From the NCBI GenBank assembly GCA_965178125.1, contig OZ237774.1, positions 496,001-560,000 on the forward strand: a stretch of DNA of 64,000 nucleotides, written 5' to 3'. This DNA is from Bilabrum cf. latius. Lineage: Eukaryota. Numbering within the stretch: the first letter of the stretch is position 1; every line of letters starts with the position of its first letter. A program made the position numbers and the translations under genes. Below, in pieces: positions 23,593 to 35,424 of this stretch. The notes beneath the pieces were generated by a model. The model did no database searches. It worked only from the letters and a program-made list of their open reading frames with translations, and was not told the origin of the DNA.

Positions 23593-23741
23593 AGCTGCCG
23601 GATAGACGAGCAAATGTGAGGTCTTCACATCACGCAAAAATCCAAAGATGAACTCGAGAAAGACTCGATCGCAGCTCGAGCTCTGTGCCCCACGGCAGAT
23701 CAAACCAGGGACAGGCAACACTCGATACATTGCACATATCA

Positions 23742-25826
23742 TCACCGCCCCACGTGCCTCTTCAGTCTTGCCCCTCCCACCGTGATCATGCCCAGCGCCA
23801 TTGCCTCCCGCCCATCTGCCTCCTCCCTCTGCGACCCCTCCCGCAGGGCACGCCCGTCCGCACTCGTCACCCACAGCCGCACGTCACCGTCATGACCCCC
23901 CGACAGCCACCGCCGGTGCCCATCCTTCGCAAGACGCATGCGGGCCGTCCACCCCCCCGAGGGGACCGACCCCACGGTGGGGTCACGGGCGGTCGCGAGT
24001 GCCACCACGGGCCCGTGGTGGGCCGCCCACTGCAGCGAAGGTTCGCTGGAAGGGGCCGAGCGCGCGCGGGCTGCCGCCACGGCCTCTGGACTGCCTAGAG
24101 CTGCACCACCGTGCGATGCACCCGCAGTCGCACTGCTGCCGGGGTCCGTCGACGGGCCCGCGCCATCCTCCGCCCTCTCCGGTCCTGCGGCACCACTGCC
24201 GTGCAATGCACCCAGCTCCCACGCCGAAATCCGCCCGTCCTCCCCCCCGACGGCCGCCACTGCATCGGCCTCCCCGAAGATGCAGCGCACTGCAAACCGC
24301 CGGTGCACGTGCCCGTGCAGCCGCCGCAGCACCCTCCCCTCCGTCCTGTCCACCAGCAGCAGGTGCCCAGAGGGCGCCGCACTCGTCACACCTGACGGAG
24401 ATGCACTCGTCAGACTGGTAGAAGTCAGACCGGACGAATGGCTCGTCGCACCACTTGCACCACCATGCGATGCACCCTTGCCCTCAGGCAGCTTGGCAGA
24501 CCCCTCCTCCCACTCCACCCCAGCAAATCGGACCACCGCACCGCTCGTCACACCCCCTTCCCCCTTTTGTTCCTCCACCTGCTCCTCCCTGGAAGGTCCC
24601 CACCGTGTGGACCCCTTGCCGGCGACGATGCGACCCGGAGTCAAAACGTCGGTGCCGGTGGGGTGAGGTGCGTGTTGGGCGGCAGCGGGGGGAGCAGAGG
24701 TGCGGGCCTTCTTTGCGGCAGGTGGCTCTGCACCCGCCGCCTCACTCGTCACACCACCGCTCCCCATCTCTGCCACCAGCAGACACCTCTGGTCGTGGGA
24801 GGGGCACATCCACGTGAGCGCACCCCCCGCACCCACTGCAGTGCGATGCACCAGCCCGGCCCGCAGGTCGTGCGCCATCCACGCGCCTTGAAGGTCGCTG
24901 CTGAGCACCACAGGCCCGGGGGCCGCACTCGTCACACCACCGACCCCCCTAGCGCCGCCCAGGGCCGCCATCCTGCTCGCTGGCAGCTCCAGCCCCTGCC
25001 GCGCCTCCCAAACACTCGTCACACCGTCCCTGGCCCCCTCCAGCACCATGGCCGGCCTACCCCCCGCCGCTCCCACCCGCAGCAAAGAGCCCCCCGCCTC
25101 CTCTTCGGCCGCACGGGACGCAGCCGTGCCCTCCCCTCCACGACCTCCGTTTGTGCCCCTGCCCCTACCCCCTCCTCTCCCCCTGCCCCCACGATCCCCC
25201 GGAGCACCCCGCCCCCTCTCTCTCACGTCCCACAAGCACACCCTGCGGTCCCCACCCCCGGACAACAGAACGTTCCCCGCCTCCCCTGCGAACCTCACCG
25301 AGTGCACCGCATGGTCGTGTCCCCTCAGCCGCCTGACGAGTGCGCCCCTCTCCACGTCCCAGAGCGCCACGGTGCCGTCACCCGCCCCGGAGGCGAGCAC
25401 CCGGCCCGCGTGGGGGTGCAGGGCCGAGTCCAGCACGGGCTTCGAGTGGCCGCCGGTGAACGTTCGCAAGGGGGCGAGCACAGGAGCATCCGGGGGGTGG
25501 TTGGCGGGTGTCGGCGCGCCGGCGCTGCGTGGGGGTCTGCCTTGGCCTGCTCGCTGCGCTCGGTCCTCGCCGTCGGAATCCGAGGATGAATCGGTGGATT
25601 CCCATCCAGCTGCCTCCGAGCGGGCCACCGTACGATCCGCGCGAGTCACTGGATCTAGGCGTCCAATATGCAAGCGGAACGGGCTCCACAGCCTGACCGT
25701 TCTGTCGTTCCCTCCGGAGACAGCGTACCGTCCGCTTGCATCGAAGGCCACGCATGTAACTGCGCCAGCGTGCCCGCGAAGGATGCTCAAGCATTCTGTT
25801 GGCCAAGCAGTATCCTTAGAAACCAT
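23742..25826 (-). CDS. WDR83: WD40-repeat protein, WDR83/MORG1-like, with low-complexity insertions
   Basis: 694-aa ORF. Motifs: LRGHAGAVTCVAFDASGRYAVSGGNDRTVRLWSP, ALWDVERGALVRRLRGH, LEGARDGVTSV, LLLVDRTEGRVLRRLHGH. Ends at TGA. Confidence 0.8.
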   Translation of the reverse strand: MVSKDTAWPTECLSILRGHAGAVTCVAFDASGRYAVSGGNDRTVRLWSPFRLHIGRLDPVTRADRTVARSEAAGWESTDSSSDSDGEDRAQRAGQGRPPRSAGAPTPANHPPDAPVLAPLRTFTGGHSKPVLDSALHPHAGRVLASGAGDGTVALWDVERGALVRRLRGHDHAVHSVRFAGEAGNVLLSGGGDRRVCLWDVRERGRGAPGDRGGRGRGGGRGRGTNGGRGGEGTAASRAAEEEAGGSLLRVGAAGGRPAMVLEGARDGVTSVWEARQGLELPASRMAALGGARGVGGVTSAAPGPVVLSSDLQGAWMAHDLRAGLVHRTAVGAGGALTWMCPSHDQRCLLVAEMGSGGVTSEAAGAEPPAAKKARTSAPPAAAQHAPHPTGTDVLTPGRIVAGKGSTRWGPSREEQVEEQKGEGGVTSGAVVRFAGVEWEEGSAKLPEGKGASHGGASGATSHSSGLTSTSLTSASPSGVTSAAPSGHLLLVDRTEGRVLRRLHGHVHRRFAVRCIFGEADAVAAVGGEDGRISAWELGALHGSGAAGPERAEDGAGPSTDPGSSATAGASHGGAALGSPEAVAAARARSAPSSEPSLQWAAHHGPVVALATARDPTVGSVPSGGWTARMRLAKDGHRRWLSGGHDGDVRLWVTSADGRALREGSQREEADGREAMALGMITVGGARLKRHVGR

Positions 25827-26218
25827 CAGGTATTCACACCATCCCCTTTATTTTCTTTTTGCGTGTATCATGTCGCAAATAATTGCCTGCCACATCTAGC
25901 AATCCGGAGCAGCAACAAGAAGCTTCCGTGTCCTGCACGAATGCTTACCAGCCGTTCGTTTGACACAGTTGAGTTGGCATGAACGGTGCATCAAGTAGAT
26001 CATCGAAGCCTCCAAGGTAGTAGAGCAATGATCCCTTTCGAGAACAGCGAGAGCTGGCTTTAGAATCTGCACACTTTCCTCTGGAAGCCATATCAACGAT
26101 CGTAAAGCCACAGTTTCCTTAGGTTCAGCGGTCTAAATCATCGACAAAACGGGCTGAAGCCCCCGCAGTTCCGGAAGAAATCTCGGTTTTTCTTGCAGCC
26201 ACCGCGAAGGCTACAGTC

Positions 26219-26923
26219 ATGGCAGTGGTGACCGAAGCGATGCAGGAGCGGCAAAGGCGCAGACAGCAGGCGGAATCCATAGGCACAGAGTTAGCTATTC
26301 CCTATAATGATGAAGCGAAGACAAGCATCAAAGTGCCCGCGGTTGCGGTGGCTGGCCGAAAGAGGAAGCGCTCAGACAGCGAAGCGACTGGCTCGGGCAT
26401 CGGAGAGGCTAGCAGTGGGAGTGAGCCGTCAAAGCCCGACCCACGTGAGGCGACATCCAGCACCAAGCAAGCTGGTGGAGGTGCTGGTGCAAGCACGGGA
26501 GCGGGTGATAGCCAGGCCGGGGAGGCGGCAGCAGGGGCACCTGAAGGTGATCCAGAGGAAGAAAATGATAAAGAGGAGGAGGAAGAGGAAGATGAAGTGG
26601 ATGTGGCGGAGTGGCTCGGCTTGCCTCCTTCCAAGACAGGTGCATCGCATGGCGGCACGTCCACAGCGGCATCAGCAGCGGGCCGCGCCCCAGCCCTGGC
26701 CAGCGCCTCCTCTAGGTTGCGGGCAAGGGCGAGGGCAGGCGCGGTCGGGCAGACTGGGAAACTGTCAGGGGCCGAGATCCGACAGGCGTACATGCGTCTC
26801 TATCGCGAAGGCAGGCTGCCGCACCGGGGGCCGGGCGCAGTGGGTCCATCCGGGCTGTGTGTGGCGGGGGCCGGTTCCTTGGCCTACGGGGGTGCGGGGG
26901 CCTCCGGGACACAGCTGTGGTGA
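26219..26923 (+). CDS. Hypothetical low-complexity protein with a basic NLS-like RKRKRS motif and an acidic tract
   Basis: 234-aa ATG-to-TGA ORF, head-to-head with WDR83, with coding-like composition. Confidence 0.55.
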   Translation: MAVVTEAMQERQRRRQQAESIGTELAIPYNDEAKTSIKVPAVAVAGRKRKRSDSEATGSGIGEASSGSEPSKPDPREATSSTKQAGGGAGASTGAGDSQAGEAAAGAPEGDPEEENDKEEEEEEDEVDVAEWLGLPPSKTGASHGGTSTAASAAGRAPALASASSRLRARARAGAVGQTGKLSGAEIRQAYMRLYREGRLPHRGPGAVGPSGLCVAGAGSLAYGGAGASGTQLW

Positions 26924-27025
26924 TGCGTGTGCCATTGGACGGGGGTGTTCCTTGGCCTACGGGGGTGCGGGGGCCTCCGGGACACAGCTGTGGTGATGCG
27001 TGTGCCATTGGACGGGGGTGTTCCT
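26874..27025 (+). repeat. 73-bp direct tandem duplication spanning the stop codon of the 26219 ORF
   Basis: GTTCCTTGGCCTACGGGGGTGCGGGGGCCTCCGGGACACAGCTGTGGTGATGCGTGTGCCATTGGACGGGGGT at 26874-26946 and again at 26947-27019. Confidence 0.9.
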
Positions 27026-27115
27026 ATGCGTGTCTTCTGTGGGGTTACTGCCTTGCATTGGTACCGGGTATACATTGATACATTGATATCAACAGTACTG
27101 ACGGCGCATCAGCTG

Positions 27116-28801
27116 TTAGGCTCGCCAAAGCACTGCCATCGCCAGCGGATACACACACAGACCCCAGGGAATCAGCAGCATTGGGCACTCATGGCCAAAC
27201 ACCCCTCTCCAGGCCCCAGAGTGGCCAAGCACCCCTCTCCAGGCCCCAGAGGGACACAGAAACGCGGCACCAGGCAGCACCGCAAGCAGCAGCCCCGCCC
27301 CTGCGCAGCTTTCGTTCAGCTCCTCCTCGCCAGACCTCCACTTGCCCACCTCTGCGCGCGCCTGATCGTCGCAGTCCTCGTCAGCTGCCATGCGCCTGTA
27401 CCACTGCAGCGTCCTTGCACTCGTCACACCCAGGTTGCAGCCGGTCCAGCAGGCCAGGCACAGGGGCGCCATGGCAGGCAGCATCCACAGGCCAAGCGCG
27501 AATGCACTCCCGAGCGCACCCCCGCCTCCGACCACCTTCTGCGATTGCTACCACTGCAGTCCACTGAATTCCAACAGCCCGGCAACACCCGCCCCCGACC
27601 GCCAGCTGAGCACCCTCCCCCACGCGTCAATCACGAGGGCCCATGCGGCCAGCCCCAGGTAGAAGCGGGCCTCCGCGGCGTAGTGGGGGGTGGCGCTCCG
27701 GAACTCGGAATTAATATCGTCTCCGAATCGCGGTATCCCATACCTCCTGGGCGGCCTCGCCTCCAGCGCCTTCCGCTTGGCCTCGGCCAAAGACCCATGG
27801 GCTCTCTGCTGCATGCGGTGCATGAGCGCCATGCCCATGGCGCTCACCAGCCCCACAACCAGCAGCAAGGCACCGAGGTAGGCCTACTCGCCGCCCCAGA
27901 ACGACAACCAGCTGCCCGCCGCATCATCACTCGTCACACTCGGTGCGACCAGCACCCCGTGCGCCAGAGGCCCCACCACCATCGCGGGCGCGGCAAGCAG
28001 GTAGTGCACCATGCCCCCGAGGAACACGAGCCCGCTCATGCGGGAGGGGGGCGGCACTCGGTGGTCGCCATCGTCCTCCTCTCCTCTGGTTGCAACCGGT
28101 TGCTCACTGGTTTTCCTCCTTCTCTCGGTCCTATGCTCCTTCTCCCATCGGGCCTGTTCCCTGGCGGCCACTGCCTCCTCCCTCCATCGGGCCAGCACGT
28201 GCAGCAGCAGCGGACTCACGGCCAGCGCCCCGTGCAGCAGCAGCTGAGACGGGGTGGCCAGCACCCACACGGTGTGACGAGTGGATTCGTCGCACGGGGT
28301 TGCATTGCACTGCGGCGGAGAGGGCCCCAGCCAGAGCACAGCCGCTGCGGGAGCTGCTGCACACACTACCAGCGCCGGCGCCGCGCACGCATAGAAGAAG
28401 CGGAACCAGTCCCGCGGCACAGTCCACCCGCACAGTCGATCGAGCCACCCTCCTCCTCCTCCTCTTCCTCCTCCCCCACCCCTCGTCGTCACACCCCCGC
28501 CCAGCTTGCCGTACCCCGCCATCCGGTACAGCCCCGGACAAGCCTCCTTCCCGAGGGCGAGCAGCACAGCACCTGCGGCCATGAGGGCAAGGACGCCAGC
28601 AAGCACCAGGTCTGCGGAGCGGAGAGTGGCGGTCATTGCGGCTCCGAATCGGAGGGCCTCTGGGTGGGGTCGGGGGATCGGATCGCCGGGCGTCCTCCTC
28701 TCGAAGGCGCCGGGGGAGAGGGGCTAGTTGCCGTGCACGGCTTGGAGCAGCACCAGCGCGGTTTGATGGAGCAGGGCATGGGCATGGGCATGGGCTGCCA
28801 T
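27116..28801 (-). CDS. SRD5A3: Polyprenol reductase (SRD5A3/DFG10 family); start is ATG 28636 or 28801
   Basis: Motifs YGKL, TVPRDWFRFFY, SRMSGLVFLGGMVHY, QQRAHGSLA, YGIPR, TPHYAAE, NLGVTSARTLQWYR and LLIPW lie in one frame across TAGs at 27884 and 27548. Ends at TAA 27116-27118. Confidence 0.8.
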
Positions 28802-29627
28802 CGGAACAATGCGGGCTGCTCAGCGAAGCTTCGCTGCAGCCTGAATCAGAGGCCTGGTTTGCCCCCGAGACGGTGCCAGGTGCCAAGCCCCTGCAGCCTG
28901 AGAGAGTATGTGCTTGCCTACCTGCGATCCATGAGCCAATCGGGGAGCACTCGCTGGGGGCTAAAATGACTCGCAGCGGAGCATCGACAATAAAATATCA
29001 TGCATATTCAATTCAATGTGCATTGTATCCCCAGTACTGCCGCCGAGTGCTGCAGGCAGCCTCCTTTGGAATTCGGTGCGAGCACGAAGCCGCGCCGGTG
29101 GGAGGCCGGCAGCATCGGCGGATGATCCGTAGGGGCACGAGCTACACTCTCGATTCATATATGCGGGGCCTTTCCGGAGCGCGTGCGTGGTTGGTGTCGG
29201 GGCCTGTGACTGCCAGCTTGCACAAGTGCAAGCTGGCGGTCGCAGGACAATCGGCACATATGTTGCCATAACTCCGGCCTTTCAGATGCTAATCAACGTA
29301 CCACACATATTTTAGAATTCAAGTACAAAAACTTGCCCCCCAAAATGATGCAGATATGGCTGTTCGATATGCAGGAAGCTCCCAGAGAGGAGACCTGCAG
29401 CTCGGATCGCAGTCATAGCATGCTGGTCACCCAGCACGACAATGGCTGCGACACCCGAGCAGCACCCTAACCGCAAGTGAAAGAATTACGAAATAATGTA
29501 TCCAACAACGCCCCCTCACCACGCCTCGTGTATCTGTGGGATTCATCTGCTGACATTGATATTTATGGCTCCGGAATTTGGCAGCTCCATTTGCGACCAA
29601 ATATTGAAACTCGCAGCATCCCGCGCC

Positions 29628-32600
29628 ATGGCCAGTTCACCCTGGTATTTAATGTCGAAGAAGCAAAAGGAAGTTATTCGTATCACCCGGGAAGGGGAAC
29701 GTAGGGAGTTAGCTGGCCTCAACTCTAGGCTAGCTCATCATGGTGAGTCGAATACTGAGCAGGTCGTATCGTGCTTGCAGTCACTGAACCGACCACTCAC
29801 CGGTCCGGTGCAACTGCCGCAATGGAGGCCAGTATCGCTTTACTGTGTGTGCCTGATGCGTGTCATGCTATGTCGTGTAATAATACGGGTTGGATCATCG
29901 ATGCTGCGGGCCTTCTCGGATGCATGCTGGGATTACTTTGGGACTGCGTGCAACCGGCGATTCGTTCGTGCGCTAGCAGTTGACGGCCCTAGTGATTCCA
30001 TCGGTCGAGACAGCCTCGCTAAGTCAAAAAAGTGATTTGCATCCTTGCGTGGCTCGTGGTGCGCATACCACTCCGCCCCCACCATCGCAAAGCCGGAGCG
30101 GTGGCAAGGTGCAGAGCACTGGGGAGGTTGTGCCTGGGGCTGCAGCGAGCCGTGGATTGCCATTTATTCAAGGGGCTGCGGCACGTGTATAGTAATATGA
30201 TTAATTATACGCTGCGGAGGCCTCGATGGCTCTCGAAGGCTTCCTAGCACTGTCGCAACTGTTCTGTCTCGTGCCACCCAGCTGCGATCCCACTGATATC
30301 CCTTTTCGGAATGTCTGCCCCCATTTTCGTGGCATCGCAGTGGCTCGCACGCAGCAGCTGGACGCTGATCTTGCCCGCGTCACGGCGGAGCTGAAGGCGC
30401 AGGTGGCGGGCGAGAGGGAGCGGTCGGACGAGGCCGCCGCCCGGCACCAGGACGAGCTGGACGAGCTGACTGCGAGGGTCGCAGCCGAGGCGCAGCGCTG
30501 CCAGAAACACGTGGCGGTGGCCCAGCGCGCCCAGGAGCACCTGGATTTCCTAAAGGAGGAGACGAAGGGCTACAAGAAGGTCCGGCAGGAGAGGACCCGC
30601 CTCGCCCAGCAGCTGGAGGAAGCCACAGCCGAGACGAGCTCCCTGCAGAAGAGGCTGGAGGCAGTCACGGAGGAGCGAGACCAGGAGAGGTCCAAGGGGG
30701 GCGCCGCGCAATCCCTGCTTGCGGAACTCAAGGAGGAGCTGTCGTCCGCCCGAGGCGAGTCCTCCGCTCTGCGGCAGGAGCTCAAGGCGCTCTCCTTGCA
30801 GCGCAAGAAGGACCTGGACAGGGCCAGGAGGGAGGCGGCCGATGCTCTTGCATCATCGAGGGCGCAGTGGGAGCGGCTGCACGAGGACAAGATCGAGCAG
30901 GTGGAGGCGGAGATGCGGGAGGCACTGGAGGAGGAGCTGGGCTCCTTGCGGGAGTCCCAAGAGGGGCTCAGGGGAGACAACAACCGGCTGAGGGGGGAGC
31001 TGGAGAAGGCGCAGCAGGAGGCCGAGCAGAGGCAGGAGTTCGTGGACACTCTCAGCGACCGGGTGCGTGCCATGGAGGAGCAGTTCCAGGAGGAGGCGAA
31101 GGAGCTGCAGGCGGGCAAGAGGGGGCTGGAGGAGAGGCTGGCTGTGAGCGAGCGGGCGAGGCAGAGGAGGGACGCACAGTTCTCCGACCTGATGGACGTG
31201 AAGATCGCCCTGCAGGCTGAGATCGACCAGTACCGGAAAATCCTCGAGGGCGAGGAGGCGAGGACGGGGCTGCCTTCCCCCAAGAAGGGGGAGGGGATCC
31301 AGGGGAGACCCGGGGAGCAAGCGGGGGGCAGGGGAACACCGGGTGCGCAGGGGATGCGTGACGATGAGGACGAGGTGGAGGAGGAGGTGCCCGGGCCCAA
31401 GTCCGCAAAGCAGCAGAAGCAGCGGGGTCGCAAGCGGGGCCCCTCCTCCGCTGGTCGCAGGGGTCGCAAGCTCGATCTGGGGGACAGCAAGGAGGACGAG
31501 GAAAATGAGGGTCGGGATATGACTCCGGATCCGCGACCCCGCAAGAGGCGGCGGGCAGACCGTGGCGGCAAGAACGAGGAGGAGGAGGAGGAGGAGGAGG
31601 AGGAGGAGGAAGAAGGGGGAGAAGGGGCCACGGCTGGTACCCTGCCGATGGGCGGGTCCACGGGGGGCGGTGAGGACGACGATGGCGTGAACATGGGTAT
31701 GGACATGGACATGGACATGGACATGGGTGGGATCGGGGGCGGGTTCGAGGACGACTTGGACGATTTGGACGACGACGTGGACGTGGACAAGGACGAAGAT
31801 GAAGATGAGGAGCCGCCTGTGAGTGGCAGGGGCAGAGGGAGGGGCAGTTCAAGGGCGAGGGGCAGGAGCGCAGGGGGGGGAGGGTCCCGCCGCAGGAGCC
31901 CCCGTCTGAGGGGCCAATCTGCGGACAGTGAAGGGGGGGGAGAGGGGGGGCGGTCTCCGGCCCGAAGCAGCAGCCGGCGAGTGTCGACTCGTCGGCAGGA
32001 CCGTCTTGAGGAGAGAAGGGAGAAGCAGCGGAAGAGGATGGGGTCTCCGCATGGGAGGGGCGACCTTGAGAGGAGGAGGCAGGGGGTGCAGCTATCCGTT
32101 GACTTAGAGGCGGACTGCGTGGTGGTGGAGAACCACACGGCCACTGCCCAGGACCTGACGGGTTGGTCGATCGAGTCCGAGGCGGGTGGCCAGGTGTACC
32201 ACTTCCCCTCGGGCATGCAGCTGGAGAGGGGAGGCAAGGTGACGGTGTGGAGCGGACCGGGTGCAGCGGAGCAATCGGAGGGCAGCGCCGTGGACCTGTT
32301 CTGGACCAAGCACTACGTGTGGAACAACCACGGGGACACTGCCATCTTGCGGGACGAGGAGGGGGAGGATGTGGCGAGGATCAGGGGGAGGCCTAGGAAG
32401 GGGGGGGGCAGCATGGGGCAGGCACAGGTGCTGGCTATGTCGGGCAGCAAGAGAAAGAAGGACCAGAGTAAGGGCAAGGACAAGGGCAAGGGCAAGGAGG
32501 GGACCGGTGCCAGTGGCGGGAACAGGACACCAGCTGCCAAGGGAATGGGAGGAGGGGCTTCCAGTGGCCGGAAGGCGCCTCCTTCGTCCAAGCGGAAGAG

Positions 32601-32919
32601 GGGGGGAGCAAAGGGAGGGGCCGACTCGTGTTCATCTTCATCTTCATCTGCGTCTTCGTCGTCTGCCAGCGCAAGTGCGCAGACATCCGCCAAGGCCAAA
32701 ACAAGTGCCTCTGTCTCTGCCGGCAGATCGTCTTCGCAATCGGCCCGTGGCGGCGGCGAGCGCGAGAGCAAGGGCAAGGGCAAGGGCAAGGGCACGGGCA
32801 CGGGCAGCCGGGGGAAGAGCAGCGGCGTCGCGAACGGAACCGCTTCCTCGCGAGGGGCGGGCAAGGGCAAGGCGGGCAGCGGAAAGAAGGGGGAGGAGGA
32901 GGAGTGCGTCATCAGCTGA
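29628..32919 (+). CDS. Nuclear lamin (head, coiled-coil rod, NLS, lamin-tail domain, CaaX), 2 exons
   Basis: Exon 1 29628-29742 (MASSP...RITREGERRELAGLNSRLAHH), phase-1 GT-AG intron 29743-30340. Rod ends DLMDVKIALQAEIDQYRKILEGEEAR; NLS PRKRRR; tail domain VVENH...DLTGWSI...YHFPSG...VTVWSG...VWNNHGDTAILRD; C-terminal CVIS then TGA. Confidence 0.9.
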
Positions 32920-33262
32920 ATGGAAGGCCCCTCCCCCCCCCCCCCACGGGAGGACTTTCTCTGCCGTGTTTGTGGGCGCGGCATCTCGCCTGGGCGTGTG
33001 CAACTTCGCAGCACGAGACAAAACCAGGCTGGCTCGCAGCCCCGCGTTGAATACAAGTCAGCATGTTTAAAACCTTTGAATCTGGTAGAGGCAGTCAATC
33101 ATATTGACTCGCTGGGCGTCCAGCAGGCCTGCGAGATAATCGCTCCGCACGACCTGCATGAGCGACCCGCCCGCCCCGGCGGACCACTGGCAATCCCGGA
33201 AATCGGTGGTGCGTTGAGATTCGTACCGGCACAGTTTCACCAGGCTCTGCACTGGATACACC

Positions 33263-34555
33263 ATGCCTATGTATCTGTAGTGTGCCTTACTAGCAGTATG
33301 CGGGATCAGTGCTTGGGGATCAGTGGTAACCCTCAACGTACCTCCAAATGTACTCCAAGCTGGGCTGCCGGCTCAAGGTGGCCTAGAGGCGCTGCTCCTC
33401 GAGATTTCTCCGTCTGCTCTATGCAATACCACTCAAGTGAAACTATTGATAGATTCGCTGGTCAATGGCGAGCTAAAAGCCATCAGAACAGATTGTTTCG
33501 AAAGATCGCGATATTCTGCTTCCTGCCCGGCATTCAAGGCTACAATGGCGCAACAGTTTTCTAACTGGTGCAAACAAGCGACGCAGGCGCTAGTAGAGCT
33601 TGATGAATAGCCTTCATCTTCGTATGACACGTGGAATCTTGGTCGGGAACAGTTCGAGGTGTACCACCGCCTTATGCAAAATTCTGCTTCCGACGATGCA
33701 GTATTCGATCGGTTTCGACGCGACCAGTCGTCTATTGCGATGTTTGAGGACCCAAAATTGACGGAAGTAACGCTTCAGCTCGTGGACCACATCCAACGCA
33801 GGAACCCGGCAACCTTTTCAAGAGCAGGCATCGCGGAGGTTTTGCGTACCGGCACCGGCATCGGAGGTCCCGCCCCGGAATCGCTGTAGACTCTTAATGG
33901 AGGTGATTTCCCTCCAGGAGGCGTGCCGGTGGCCCCTGTACAGGTTCGATACCTGAGTGTCGCGGTGGACATTAGCCTGTGGTTCGGCAGGGCGCTGCTC
34001 GACACCCCGGTGTCCATCGGTCCAGGGGCTCGGGTGGTTGAGGTGGGGGGCGGCTTCGGGGGACAGGCGCACACCTGCCTCTCTCTATTCTAGGGGATCG
34101 GGGATTGGATGATCTTCGACCTGCCAGCAGTTGAGCGAGTGCAGCGCAAGTGGCTGGGCCGGGCACTTGCTCCGGAGAAAGCGAGCAGGGTGCGGCTGGG
34201 GAACACGGAGCTCGGCGGGCTGGCCGGACTGGAGGAGAGGATCGCTAGAGGGGAGGAGCCCGCCGAATTCGACCTGTTCGTGTCCAACTACGCCCTGAGC
34301 GAGCTCAAGGTGCACACGCGGGCGCCCTACGTCTCCTCGCTGATCGCCAGGAGCAGGCGCGGGTGGATCGCGTGGAACTTCCCCGACGTGCACTGGATCC
34401 TGGGAGAGCTCGAGAGGCTCGGGAAGGAGAACGTGGCCCTGTACGAGGAGAGGCCCTACCGCTCCTTGTCCAACGTGGTGGTGTCCTGGGGCCTGCCTGT
34501 CTTCGCCGAGGACGGGGCGCCCTGGTCCGGGTGGGACCCGAGGGCGGTGCATTGA
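33263..34555 (+). CDS. SAM-dependent putative sugar O-methyltransferase with an N-terminal signal-like peptide; read with TAG=Gln
   Basis: One frame from ATG 33263 to TGA 34553-34555 with TAGs at 33278, 33608, 33887 and 34091. Motifs: RVVEVGGGFGGQA, IFDLPAV, FDLFVSNYALSEL, SRRGWIAWN. Confidence 0.75.
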
Positions 34556-35424
34556 ATTGGCCCTCAGCTGTTCGAGCATTGCTCGCTGAACCTGCAATGG
34601 AACTCGGCAGGGGGTGACAGTCGTAATTGAGATCAGGCAAGATATTGTAATACAACTGTTTCATGACCGTTGGTGGGGTTAAATGGTCCCGGAAATGTAT
34701 GTAAGCCCGGAAGGTGAAAAACACTTACATCTGCTGTGAAGTCCGCCCTCGATGTTGTGTCCACAAAGACGCGAATGTACCGGATGAAGGGCAGTGATAT
34801 TTTGCACGTACCTGAAAGACACTTAGACTCTAGAGGGTTTTTACGTTTCCTGCAATTGTGTTCAGAAAAATCAAAATTGTCATGGTAAAGAAGAAGTGCA
34901 ACTACAGACTCTTGGTTTCATATTCAAGGCCACTATGAACTTACCAGCTTGCAGGGACCAGGCCATGAGAAAGTTTCACAACAGAACGTTTCAATAATAC
35001 CACTGCGCTGAGCCATACACTTCACAAGTGACAACGCCAGAGGTTTTCTAAGCAAGCTGCCATTCAAATCTTCGTGCTACATACCTACACAAAACAATGG
35101 ATATCAGCCAAATCCAATGATATCAAGACCATGAATACACTTGTTCCAACGGCTAGTAGCGAAAGTTTGCTTCGAACTTGCACTTTTATGGCTATCTAGC
35201 ACAACAAAGTGCACTCAAGGGCACTCGATGTTCCGCTTTGGCCGCCGCGCCACGAGGATACGGCCAACCCGCAATAACAACGCCTGTTACAGATTTGCCG
35301 AGGGCAGATTCGGAATGCAATACGCTGTAGATTATGCTCTGCACACATTCAGCGCAGGTGTAGCATACATTCTTGCCATTTCCTCCGCCACAGCCTCAGC
35401 ACTAGCGCACGTGACGGCACCCCT

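Noticed and set aside
26927-28969. 680-aa + strand ORF, and other long shadow ORFs such as 30570-32309 -, 35945-37240 + and 59740-61716 -
   Set aside because: These are antisense or alternative-frame shadows of recognisable genes in very GC-rich or repetitive sequence, with no recognisable motifs.
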